Shown: one piece after another, positions 50,725 through 63,215 of the stretch
How positions within the stretch are numbered: position 1 is the stretch's first letter
How the letters are laid out: the number at the start of each line of letters is the position of its first letter
From: Schmidtea polychroa
Lineage: Eukaryota
DNA length: 64,000 bases
Assembly (NCBI GenBank): GCA_044892525.1
Contig: CM097885.1
Coordinates: forward strand, 13,828,001-13,892,000
Reading direction: 5' to 3'
Translations under genes and position numbers: made by a program
Notes under the pieces: model-generated
What the model saw: the letters and a program-made list of their open reading frames with translations, nothing else
Told to the model about the DNA's origin: nothing
Database searches by the model: none

Positions 50725-51205
50725 AGACCATATTGGTGAGCACAATAAGGGCTGTAAGATTAAAATAGGTATGTCTGATTTTAAAATTTTATTAAAAAAC
50801 TTCGATAATTATTGGGAACGTGTGATTTGTGAGGCGTTGTTGATAAAATCATTGAATCCGAAAATTAATGTGCAGAATGCTGTAAATACTTGTGTGTTGA
50901 GTGTTTTTAAATAAGCTTTTGTGTATTGTATGTATTGATTGTTGCGTTAAATTAAATAATTGATAAAAAAAATTTAAAATTTTTAAATTATTAAATTAAA
51001 TTTTAAATGTTAAAGTTTTTAAAAAATAATATTTTTATAAAATAAAATTTTTTTATATATAATTAAATTTGTTTAAAATCCTTTATTTAATGAGTATTAT
51101 ATCCCACCTGATGATGACAGGAAAACTGTCGAAATTAATCGTGAAAAAAATGTTTGATTGGCGTTATCTTATAATTAAATCATTGCCATATATGTTTAAC
51201 TATTT
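50725..51205 (+). mobile_element. Penelope-like 3' fragment with pLTR
   Basis: Near-identical to 3938-4415 (THIGEHNKGCKIKIGMSDFKILLKNFDNYWERVICEALLIK...). Confidence 0.9.
51105..51143 (+). ncRNA. Minimal type I hammerhead ribozyme (family A), intact core
   Basis: cac-CTGATGA-t-GACAG-gaaaa-CTGTC-GAAA-ttaa-TC-gtg. Confidence 0.75.
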
Positions 51206-51982
51206 ATTTTATTATAAAGTAACAATTATTATTTCAACCTTTCCAAGACTCGACAATGGTAACGGTGGATTTAACAGAAAATCCAATTAATAATTGCACG
51301 ATTTGATACAATTGTCACATGTAATAAATCATATTTCTCTGTGCCAATAATTGTACAGTAATTCTATAATGAAATCATGAAAATATGATACTATTGAACC
51401 AGTTGAAATCTCGATCATTAACAATTTCAATATTTCATCAAAAAGTTTTCTTTCATTAAAAATATTTGCTTTATCGATTTACAAAATTTGTTAACATTTC
51501 ATTTAATTTAATTAATTAATTTTTAAACTGTCAAATGTGTTCTAGTAAATAATGGTCAAGCAAAATACGGAAATAAATTAGATGCTCAAGATAAAAGGGA
51601 CTTGCAAATTACATCATTTACACCTGATATTGATACAATTTTCAATGGAAAAGGCAGTCTCAAATTAATCCTTGAGTTTTCTATCTTTAATTTTAAGTGT
51701 TTTTAGTATGTCATTCTATTTATAGTATACATTTTTATTACTTCCTACAGTGTTTTTTATTAAATTATAGTTCATTACAATAATAACATCACCTCGAAAG
51801 GTTCCACAGTCCGTAAAAAGTTGAAATACCACTAACTTAGTATTCATTTCTCAATTTATACTTGATTTTCGTTACCATTAAAAATTTAGTTGTAATATAA
51901 TTTAAATTTATTTTGAAAATAATGTTTAAAAATTGTTAAATAATTCGTTCTAGTAATGATGAGTAAGATATTCATTTTTCAG

Positions 51983-52579
51983 CCCTTTCTGATAGCACTG
52001 TTGTCGATGGTTCTAATCAGACAGTTGTTTGGTCCAATAAGAGAGAAGATTATAAAATAAATCGTTCTATTGGTATTTCACTAACTAATCACTAATTGGC
52101 TTAACTGAATTCAGGTCAAGGTGCAACATCGAATGTCTATGAAGCGGAATGTCTACCACTGAATAGCCGCCTGTGTGCTATGAAAATTATCAATTTAGAA
52201 AAATGCAACAGTTCTTCGTTATTAGAAGAAATAAAAGTTTTTTAATTGAATTGATTGTAAAATAATTTAATGTCCCACAGAGAGAAATTAAAAGTATGAA
52301 AAATATGAAAAATGAAAATATCGTAACATATTACGCTTCGTTTGTGAATGGTATTGAGTTGTTTATCATTATGGATTTGTGCCAAAGAGGTTTTTGAAAT
52401 CTGCTACATATAGATTTATTATCCATACGAAATATAGGATCGCTCCTAGATATTATTAAAAGAACTCAGTCAAAACGAGATATAACGTATGGAGTGTTTG
52501 ATGAAAGTACGATAGCAACGATCTTGAAGGATGTTTTACGTGGATTGACATACATCCATGAAAACGGATTGGTTCATAG
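51983..52579 (+). CDS. OXSR1: OSR1/SPAK (STE20 GCK-VI, Fray-like) Ser/Thr kinase, 5' exons (partial)
   Basis: Exons 51983-52072, 52115-52236, 52281-52389 and 52438-52579 with GT-AG introns of 42, 44 and 48 nt splice in frame: ...WSNKREDYKINRSIGQGATSNVYEAECLPLNSRLCAMKIINLEKCNSSSLLEEIKREIKSMKNMKNENIVTYYASFVNGIELFIIMDLCQRGSLLDIIKRTQSKRDITYGVFDESTIATILKDVLRGLTYIHENGLVHR. This matches OXSR1/STK39 subdomains I-VIa. The symbol is family-level only. Confidence 0.92.
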
Positions 52580-53449
52580 GTATTTATTCGTACTTACATT
52601 CTTTGAGTTATCTATAATATCAATTAACTATAATAACAAATATATTTTTAACTTAAACGTCTAATAATATTATTTATTCACTTTTTTGAAAATCTTAATT
52701 GATAAGTGACACATAATAATCATAATAGTTCTGGAAACAATCAACTTTATTTCATAGACAAACTTTTCTACAAAAAGTTATTTATAATCTTAAATTATTA
52801 CCCCTGCCCTTGGCATTTTCAAGATGATAATGTGCCGATCTATTGGGGCCAAATTACTCAGAAAAATTAAGATGTTTGAGCAGGAATTGTGGCTCCAGGC
52901 CATAAAACATGCTATACGTCCCGAGACCGTTTTCAAAATGTTATTTTTCATATTTATGTCAAATTTTATTTAAATCATAATTTTCTGTTGCGAGATATCG
53001 GAAATATTCAGTTATAATATTTGAGAAAGTCTGAAAAATTAAGGTTTATTTGCTGTAATTTTAATTTTAATGATTTTTAAATTTTAATAGTTTAACTTTT
53101 ACATTTTTAATTGATTTATGAATTTTAAATTGATTTATTAATTTTAAATTGATTTATGCATTTTAATACAATAAAGTGATAATTTTAGCCTTTTGCTGCG
53201 AATAATGAAATAATGTGGAGTATTGTCGTATTTGGAGTGGCACATTATGGCCAGTTGGTCATTTAAAAGTTATAATTTTTAATTAAATTTAGATTTTTTA
53301 AAAGTTTTAAAATATCTCTTAACGTTTCTAATTAAATAAAACTGTGGTATTTATTATGAATTTACTTGAATTCAAGGTTTTATTTCCCAAATTTCTACAT
53401 TTTCCATAATTTCCGGAAATCTATCATCATTTTCAAATTTCTAAAAAGG

Positions 53450-54265
53450 TTTTAAACTGGAATTTTATTAAATAAATTATAATTTACATTGCTGCTCTTT
53501 GTTTCACTATGGAAAGCTGAAATATGATAAAGTGCTTGAAAAATTTTAAATGCCAATATTAAGTGGTTATGCACATAATTCCTGTCTTTTTGCATGTAGT
53601 TTTTATTATATGGTTGTTTTGTTTTATTCTTCTCGCCAAATTTATTTATCTGCTTTCCTATAGTATATACAGATAATTTAATTATCTTCGCTATATAATT
53701 ATGATAGATACATACCTTGTATTTACATTTTTCAAAATTTTCTCTCCTGTAACATTAAGTTTGAAAACTCTAGTGTCACTAAAGCTTTTTAATGTCACCT
53801 ACATTTTCTATCTCACCAGTCTTAATTGTTTTCTTTAATTAGTAACAAGCTGAATGGGACAAAATTCCAGGCGTTGAATTGACTTGAAACTTTGGCTATT
53901 TACGTACTTCCGATGACAAAACAATTTTCTTCTATAGATTCCATGCAAAAGATGTATTGATTTAGGAAATTATTGTTCAACTGTATTTATACTGAACCAC
54001 GTTCGAATAGATCGACACTGGGAGTGTGTGGTGATTCCGACCATAGCGCTTTCTTAATTTGCTTATGTTTTGTACACACTTCAGCCAATGTGCTCATATT
54101 TGTATCAGTACTTTCCAACAATAAAAATACAGTCATTAATTACTTGTACTTCAATTTGTTGCTGTATTAATAAATTCTTTATACAGCTAAGAATGTTCTT
54201 ATAAACCGCCATTCGTACATCTTTTTCACTATATATTTCGATAGCATCATTATCATCATCAGGTA
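53450..54265 (-). mobile_element. Possible Mutator/MULE transposase remnant
   Basis: Heavily decayed minus-strand pieces 'FPKSIHL/..AWNL' (MULE CxxH region) and 'TCKKTGIMC' (SWIM-like). Confidence 0.35.
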
Positions 54266-56474
54266 ACCTACATTCACGACAGATGAATAACTATACAATA
54301 TTGATAATTTATAAACAAATTATAAAATCTATAAATTTTTAAATTATAAATAAAATTATTTTAAATAATTATTTATAAAAATAATTTTCAACAAACAATT
54401 ATTTTAAACTTTTAAAATTCTTTAAAAATATTATTTTAATTATTTTTTTTAATTATTCAACACATGTATTCACTGCGAAACATTTGGAAAAAAACATTTG
54501 GAATAAAACATGTGGAAATTTCAACCGGTCACATTGGATTGAATAAATGGGTTTCCATAAAACAATTTATATGATAAATCATAGGATATTACACACAAAC
54601 AATAGCCGGGCACCTTTATAACGAAAAAAAGAATAAATTTCAAAAACTAATGGTTTAAAATAAAAATACATTAAAAACTTCAAAAATCGAATTTATTTCA
54701 AAATGCGCTAAAGGTTTATAATAAAATTTTCTTCAGTACTCAAAATAAGTTTGATTTCTTTTCACTTGTTCCATTTACTACTAACATTTTAACTTAATAT
54801 TATAATTGGCTTCCAAATATTTAAAGTTCCGAAATTTAGGATGAGCTAATTTTTTGTCACAATATTGAATGTTCCATGATAAGTTTCCTAAAAATATACA
54901 GCTATACTTGAGACATACATATAAATAGTTAGTAGAATATTAAAAACATTTTTTTTTACTTATTTATTAGCATATTTGCAATAGTGATATGTAAGTTAAA
55001 ATTCGCGCGCGCAATACCGTTTTGCGTAAGCAATGCAATTTTTATCTTTACATTGAAATCCAAATGTTATCTCATTTTATACTGAAGAAATGCGGAATTT
55101 AATTAATTATTGGAGAAATATGCACATAAAATTATATTAACATGAAAATGCAATTAAAATCAGTAAACAAATTCCAAACAGTGTCGGAAGCAAAAATTAA
55201 AATATTTAAAAAAAATAATTTTAGCATCTGGAATCAGATTTATATCTTTTTGGTGCAGAATCAATATTATTTTGTGAAGAAGAGTTATATGGTGGAAACA
55301 AGCAGTCATTACAATTTAATCCTTGGTGCAAATACATTTATCTGAGAAATTTCGAAATTGGGTTTCACTTTAGAAAAATGAGAATACAATTAAAAATAAT
55401 TTCTAATACTGGATAAAATGGCAAAAGTTCTCCGAAATTTAGGAAATTTTAGAAGCTTAATAAAGTATAATATTAATATAAGGGATTAAACAACAATATC
55501 TGATAATAGAAGAAAGGATTCAGTAAAAATATAATTCAAGGCTTTTTATATTGAAATTTTGCAATTGGAACTGAAACATTTTAAATTACTTTGACAGAAA
55601 TAAAATGAAACATATCATTCAATTTTCAAATCTATTCAATCATTGTTTGATCAATTTAACTTTTATTCGGAGGATTTGAACACTCAGGATATTTTGTAGG
55701 TTTCTAATCTATTTCCTAAAGCTTTGCTTCATTAAAGTTACCAGCATTGGAATAGAACTATATTATTGAAGGGACTAGTGATTGATTATACATTGACGAT
55801 CTTACATCTAGGCGCTTACAGGCTTCTCAGAAAACTTTCAAGTTTATTATATATTTCTGTGAATTTGAATTTTCTCTCATAGTTACTATTAAAATACAAG
55901 ATCGTTTGACTTGAGTTGGAAGATGAACTACTTTTGTGCGTTTTAAGTATTACACTTGATTAGAAAAAATATTATTTATAATGATTTACCAATGTTTCTG
56001 AAGCTTTTCAGCTCTTTCACTTTACACTTTTTATGTTTGAATATTTAAAACAAATTATATGGAATAGTATGAAACGTATAGGATATAGAATAATAATTAT
56101 GTTAGAATTATAAGAACTTCTTTTAATTTTCACCTCTGATTTCTTTTCAATTGACATTGTATTCACGAATTTTCGGCACCCTTTTCAGGTGATTTCCTAA
56201 CTTTTTGAATTACACTATTGATTTATGAACATTCGAAAAAACAAAAACTATAAAATAATGTTGAGAATCTTAGTATATATCAAATACTAAAATCGAATGT
56301 ACTAATTTTAAGACATTAAAGTTTTGGATTAAATTTAAAAATTCATAAAAATGATTAGATCAACATGAAGTGTTTATCACTAAAATATATATTTTCTTAC
56401 TGTTAACTATTTTAAACGAAGTGTTTTTTCCAAACCTTCCTGTTTGTTTGGTTATCTTCTGATTGTGTTTGTTC

Positions 56475-57050
56475 TGAAAATAGCTGCTATTTTGTTTATA
56501 ATATAACTATAGCTGGTACTACTTTGAATAATATTTCATCTAATAAGTCATGAGCGTAACATGTCAGTTCTTAGTGAACATGCCGTATATATCCGGATTA
56601 AATGTTAGGTTTGCTTGTCTTTATTTCTTTGAATATTTGAAACAAACAAAATATCTGGAATAGTATTAAAAAGATTTGAGATATAGAATGATTATATGAA
56701 ATGCACTAGATTTAGGACATTGTGGCTTTTGATTAAATTTAAACATTTATAAAAATAATTAGATCAACATGTAAGATTTATCACTAGATTCAATACACCA
56801 TTTTTTATATTTACGGATATCAACCATTTTAAATGAAGTATTAGGCATATCTTTTAATGTGTTTTATTATATCGGGCAGTTCTAGATCTTGGCCAGATAT
56901 TTTCTAAACGCGTAGGCCATGAAAATGGTTACTACTGTGGATCGTTGCGCACAATTACCTATTATATATGTATATATATGTTAAACTATTGTTTTTGTGT
57001 CTTAATATTTATTAAGGTAAAGTTCATCTTTCATCACAAGAAAATTGATA
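56475..57050. repeat. Inverted copy of the 40225/41755 dispersed repeat, with an older adjacent copy at ~56035-56410
   Basis: Reverse-complement identity to 40225-40717 and 41755-41840. Confidence 0.85.
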
Positions 57051-58292
57051 TAAACTAAACAGACATGCATGAAAAATACACAAAACGCGCTATCTATTCA
57101 TGAGATGTAATTGAAACATTTCCTAAGTGGGTTTAATCTTTCTCAATACTAGCCTCGAAACATCTTTTATCGAAAATATCATCTTTTCTCCTAGACCTAG
57201 TTTATCTATATTTCTAAAAAAATGACATAAAACGGGAAATAAAGTATGACATCTGGACAATAATTAATAAATCTGTTATTTTCATTTATTTCAATGTTAT
57301 TTGAAAATCAATTTCTTCTATCGAATGATGTATTATTTATTCAATTTCGATTTTTAAAATACAAAGACAACTTTTTATTTTAAAGTCTTTATATTCTAAA
57401 TAAGTTATAGGAAACCTTGAAAATAACTGCTCTGTATTTAGAATAAATATATTTTTGGATTTTAAATCCAATTGGGTTTTTATTGGAAATTTAAAAAAAT
57501 ATAGTATTCAAAATTTAATTTTGATCTTTAGCTACTCCGTAAAGACATACTTAGATAATATAGTATATACAGAAATGTTTCAAATTTAAAACAACGCGTT
57601 CCTATCCGCGTGTTTGATATATGTTTGTATTTAAATTGAAGGGTTTAAACTAAGGACAGGTCATAAGGCAATAACGTTTATGTTACAGACCAAGAAGCTA
57701 ACCGAACCTCAATTTCAAACGTGGATTAACCAATTAAGTGGTCTGAACATTGAAATGGAATACCGTAAAGGTGAAACACATTCTAATGCATATGCGCTAT
57801 ACAATGTCAAACGATTCACGAGGAACCAAAAACAAGGAAACTAAAAACAGAGATTCTAGTACCCGTGTGTCAAGAAGATGGAAAACTCTGGAAATAGAAA
57901 TATCAAAAGAGATATACTAATCGGGAATGAAACGAAGTTTTTAGAAAGTAATGATATTATTCATTCAAGTAAAGGTAAAATTAAATAGGTAATAGTAAAA
58001 TAAGGATTCCAAAAGAAAGAAAAAAGAATTTGTTTTGTACACCCATAAAATATTTCTAGGAAATTTGACATGACAAACAGACAAGAATTTATTCAAAAAG
58101 TAGTCGGGTCGTGCGAAAATTGTCAAACGAAAATTGACTACACGAACAACAGGAAAACTAATCAAACCTACAGAAGTTTATTTATTTGAATCAATTTTCA
58201 TTGACTTTTGTGACCCAACGAAAACTCCTAGGAGTGGAAAGAAGTATATTTTGGCAATTATAGACCAATTTAGTAAATATATTTCTTTATAT

Positions 58293-59817
58293 CAACGGTG
58301 GGCAAATGCGGCTCTTCGTTGAGTAAACTGCGGCTCATTGATAATTGAATTCGTGATAATCGAATTCGATTTTTTATTTTGAAATTTTTCACTAAGTTTT
58401 GAGAAAAATTTTTTGTTGCAATTGTATTTTCATAAATGTCAAAAATTAACGAAACATTGTTTTTCACATTTTACTGCTTTTTAAAATTATTTTGTAGTAG
58501 GCGGCGCTTTGTTATAACAACGAGAGAGAAGCATCAAAAATAAATTTAGTGAATTTTGATTGGTTATTATTTTGTTTGTACAAGATTGCGGTCGTTTGTA
58601 TATTTTAGTATAGTTTTCTATTCGTGTTTTTTGAAAAATTTGGTAAGAAGATTTTTTTATGAAGCATTTTAAAATTTTAAACTAATTAAAATTAAATTAA
58701 TGTCTTTTTATTATTTTGTTTAAATTTCAGCCATATAGTTATTTAAATTTATTATTATAATGACATCAGAAAACATCAAAAAACGAAAATACAGACAAGA
58801 AAATAGAACTTTTCAAGAAGAATGGACAGAAAAGTTTTTTTTTATTGACAATAATAGTAAATCGTTGTGTCTTATTTGTAAAGGTACAATTTCCAACTAC
58901 AAAGTGCAAATGAAACTTGGCTTTCTGACTTAATGTTCCTTACAGACATTATGGAACATTTGCAAACATTAAATTTGGCTTTACAAGGAAAAGAAAAGAT
59001 AATTATTGATTTGTCACAAACGTTATTTAGTTTTGAAGCTAAACTTCGGCTTTTTGTGAACGATCTTAGGTCGAAAATATTTAATCATTTTCCACGAATA
59101 AAAGCTAATATAATTGATATTACAGAAGAAAAAGTAAACGAATACAGTGAAAAATTGGAAGAATTGCAAGCGGATTTCAAATGTAGGTTTGAAGATTTGA
59201 AAAGTTATAAATCTACATTTGCATTTTTTGTGAACCCATTTATTTGTGATATTATTGAAGATGGATTTCCAATTTCTGAAGTAATACTTGTTAAAAAAGC
59301 GGTTGGGGAATTGGAGTTATTAGATATGAAAGAGGACCAGGCTTTGCAAATGCACCATAAATCTACTTCTATAGTTGAATTTTGGAAACTCGTACCAGAG
59401 GCAAAATATCCACACTTAAAACAAGCTGCTTGCCGTCTAAATTCAATTTTTGGTACAACATATTGTTGTGAATCTTTGTACTCCACAATGAAGTTCGTAA
59501 AGTCGAAATATCGTTCACAGTTGACCAATCAGCATCTTACAGAATTGCTGCGAACAGCTTTAACAAAGTATACACCAAATTTCAAAGATTTGATCAAAAG
59601 TCTTCGTTAATTCAAGAAATTTTATTACTTTTTATTAATGGATTTTTATGTTTGTTACTTAATGTTTGAAATAATTATTTTGTTTTTTTTAATAGCGTTT
59701 AAGTCTCTTTAATCAAATTAATGAAATAAAAAAAAATATGTACTTTACTATGGTGGCTCTGTAAAAAATAAATTTTCGGAAAATGGCTCTTATTGAACCC
59801 ATGCGTGCCCACCCTTG
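58293..59817 (+). mobile_element. hAT transposon (GTF2IRD2/Charlie/SPIN-like), internally deleted, copy 2
   Basis: Same TIRs and 1525-bp length as copy 1; perfect 8-bp TSD CTTTATAT (58285-58292, 59818-59825). Confidence 0.96.
58760..59610 (+). pseudogene. Internally deleted hAT transposase, copy 2
   Basis: ORF 58933-59610 translation is identical to that of 38784-39461. Confidence 0.9.
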
Positions 59818-61517
59818 CTTTATATAGAGTTTTTGAGCAAGATGAAAAGACAGTTGCAGAAATTATTAACGAAAAAATGGATTTTGAAATTTGGTGCTCC
59901 ATGGAGTATTCATTGTGATAGAGGAAAAACATTTGAGTCAGCTTTATTAAAAGCATTTGCAGAGAAACATGGTATTAATCTAGTGACTAGATTCTAGTCT
60001 ATTCAAGCCCGTATCATCATTCAGCTAATGGACAAATTGAAAGCCAATTTAGAACTATTAGAGACGCTATCCAAATTTCCTTAAAAGAAAGAACGGGCAA
60101 AGATTGGCCGGAAATGCGAAAATTCCGAAAACTACTCAGTTGAGAACCGTACAAATCGTTTATGGGGAAAAGATTGCAAGAGAACATTGTGAAAATGACG
60201 AACCATGTGAACTACAGTTATTAATGGCAAAACGTAAATCAGAAAGATTTGAGTTACAAAAACGAAAACGAAAATAAGAAAGATGAATTATAGGAAGAAG
60301 TAAGACCAAATCGAAAAAAAACATGTATCAAATAAAAATGGAGATAGATTTGACGGTTCAAGTGAAATAATAAAGAAGTTGCATGACATAAAGTTCATGA
60401 TCGAATCGAAAATTAGAAATGTGGAATGGATCAAAATATTCTAACAAAATACCTATTTGAAATAATATTATTGCATGTTGAATTTGTATGTCTGATTATT
60501 ATGTAATGTATGTCAAAGTGTAATGTTGTATTATTGATGCATGTGTATCCTGCTCAAGATACAATATAATTGCTATCTCTGAGGGATAATCAGTTATTTG
60601 ATATTAATAAATTATAAATGTTCAAAGTCTCCTAACAGTGTTAAAATAGAGGATGTCATAAATTTGACCTAGATTAGTTTGAAAGATTGTCAATTAATTA
60701 CTAAATGTATTATTCTTTTTATCTAAAAATGGACTATTCTGTTAAAAAGTATAGAGTTCTAGTGTAGGGAGAATACAAGAAAAATCAAACGAGATATATC
60801 GTTCTCTTGTCCAATGTGCGATTTCGTTAATGCCTGAATTAGTCAATTATAATAAATTATTAAAGTCAGTATTTTTATGTATAATTTATTTGACCATTAA
60901 GCTCGACCAAATAGATTTAGGATATACTGATAAATACAAAATTCAGTGAAAAGTTTTAAGATATATATCGCAAGGATTAATTAAATTTGATAAATAGATT
61001 ATTTGTATTGTCATTTTATTAGCAATTTAATTTCTAGTTTATCTACATTAACCTGAGGTAAGCTTATTGAAATGTTTATGTCCTTTTTATGTAGCAGGTC
61101 ATAAATTAGCTCAAACCCAAATTTTGACCCATAACTACTTGTGAGGTGGCATATTTTTATAAATGTTGTGCAAATTTTATGTTATGTGTTTCAAACTGAT
61201 CGTTTTGTTTTGCTTTTATCCTTTTGGTGTTACAATATAAATGAATGCTGGGAATAATTAATAGAATTTAATGAATTTGTGAACTGAAGCTGGAAACTTT
61301 ACGTAATTACTTTAATCTTCTTTAAAATATCTAGTTTCATTTAGGATTCCAAGAATTATATTTAACACGAATTTACATCTCATAATTCCGTCCATAAAAA
61401 CTTTAAAGGACTACATGTGTGATTTCTTACTACTTATCATTGTTAAGTACAGAAAATGATGAAAATATAAATAATTATTTAAAAACCAATTAATGCGTTA
61501 CTTCAAGGGGTAAATAA

Positions 61518-61885
61518 AGCTCTTTTTCTATATAGACAATGACGAAGATGAAATGCTTTTGCAAACCTCAGTTATTACCCCAGATCTGAATATAATTTGC
61601 AATAAAAATAAATTTATTTATTGTTTCCTAATAATAATTTTATTTCGTGAAAATAATTAATAATAATAATTGTAATAATTAATTAATAATAATAAATAAA
61701 TAATAATAATTAATAATATTTAATTAATAAGAATAATTAAAAATAAAGTTACTCTGATCAAATAGAACAGCTCTATTTCTATACAGACAATAACGAAGAT
61801 GAAATGCTTTTACAAACCTCAGTTATTACCCCAATAAAAACAAATATATTTATTGTTTCCTAAAAATAATTTTATTACGTGAAAA
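61518..61885. repeat. Local tandem duplication (~120 bp)
   Basis: About 61518-61652 and 61769-61884 share GACAATRACGAAGATGAAATGCTTTTRCAAACCTCAGTTATTACCCCA. Confidence 0.8.
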
Positions 61886-62829
61886 GTTTTGGCTTTTTGA
61901 ATCGTCCTACTCCTGCCTTGCACCATATAAACAGTTCGATAGAAATAGAACACGAGCTCAATGGAATAGTGTTTTATATTAAATATTAGGTTGGTAAATA
62001 ATTAAATCCCATTCATAGAAATGATGCCAATAATTGTTATATATCATTTTATTTGTTTAAATATACCGTTTTAAGCAAATAGAAAATACTATTTGGAATT
62101 AAATGATACAGCTTGCTGGCCTTTAACACTTACTAATAAAATGCTGGATGTCTTAATCGAAAAAGGGCCAATTCAAAATATACAAACTATATATCAAAAT
62201 AATGAATTGGGAATATCATTTTCATCGATTTATATCTGTAGAAAAATGCCAAATGCCGAAAAATGATGCCATATTTTGTTTCTGTTGTAAACTATTTAGC
62301 AAACAAGTAATAAAATAAAAGTAAATCTGAAAACCTGAAAAAAACATCGAAAATTGCATCAATTAGAAAAATTTAGAATTAAATTTAAAAATAAAAATTA
62401 CAATTGATATGTTTGGTATGTTTGATATCTGTGATACAATTTCTGGCAGGACAGGGATTAGCTTTTAATTTTTGATTATATATGTAGCTATCATAATAAA
62501 CATTAAAGATTAAGACTTTTTTTTCTTATGTCATCTCTGAGGCGGCCATATAGACTGGCACCATGCGGTCATTCACCCAAACACGGCATTGTTCCTAACT
62601 AATGAATTTGTGGTAGCAATTTCAAAACCCAGTAATTTATAGAGAAATGTTTATACTTTGCATTTATCAAGATGTAAAAGTATATTTTGTTAGGTACTCC
62701 TTGAACTGAAGTTAATGATATTTGTTAATTTAAATTTGTTACATTGTAAATTTGTCAAAATTAATATTGTATAAATAAATTTAACTTTGCAATTAGTCTT
62801 ATTGATTATTTTCACCATTAATCTATTAT

Positions 62830-62911
62830 TATTTAACACGAGATTTTGGCACAGCCTTTTTTTAAAAAATATTTTTTAAATAATAGGCTGTGCCGAAATT
62901 TTGTGTTAAAT
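62830..62911. repeat. Short inverted repeat related to family B
   Basis: ATTTAACACGAGATTTTGGCACAGCCT ... AGGCTGTGCCGAAATTTTGTGTTAAAT. Confidence 0.6.
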
Positions 62912-62970
62912 GGATAAAATTCTTAATCTAGTCTAAAAACAAATTAAGGGCATTTTGTTGACCTGTTTAG

Positions 62971-63215
62971 AATCTGTCGATTTACAATGCAATTTTTGAC
63001 ATCGGACTTAGTGGTTTTTGAAAATGAATATTAACTGAAATATTTATTTTCAGAATTCCTAGACAGTAATCGTGTAAGATTTATATGCAATATCATATGT
63101 AGTATTTGGTAAAATTATCATTACACAGAATCTGGTGTTCTATGTAAGTAAAATATTTAATCACATATTTATTTCTTCATTAATTTCACTGTTTGTTTTT
63201 ATAGATTTGTTTTGA
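62971..63215 (+). CDS. Candidate 3' exons of an unidentified gene, including micro-exons
   Basis: Exons 62971-63013, 63054-63071, 63129-63143 and 63205-63215 with GT-AG introns of 40, 57 and 61 nt splice to NLSIYNAIFDIGLSEFLDSNQSGVLYLF*. Confidence 0.35.

Larger units (their letters stand above)
57590..60440 (+). mobile_element. Gypsy/Ty3 remnant (RNase H end plus integrase) interrupted by hAT copy 2
   Basis: 'FKLRTGHKAITFM...QFQTWINQLSGLNIEMEYRKGETHSNA', 'IFIDFCDP...KKYILAIIDQFSKYISLY', [hAT], then 'WILKFGAPWSIHCDRGKTFES' and 'SPYHHSANGQIESQFRTIRD'. Related to the 44871-47980 element. Confidence 0.88.

Noticed and set aside
52817..53252. Tc1-like FQDDNVPI fragment and GGCCATAA/TTATGGCC inverted ends
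   Set aside because: Too short and degenerate to support a feature call.
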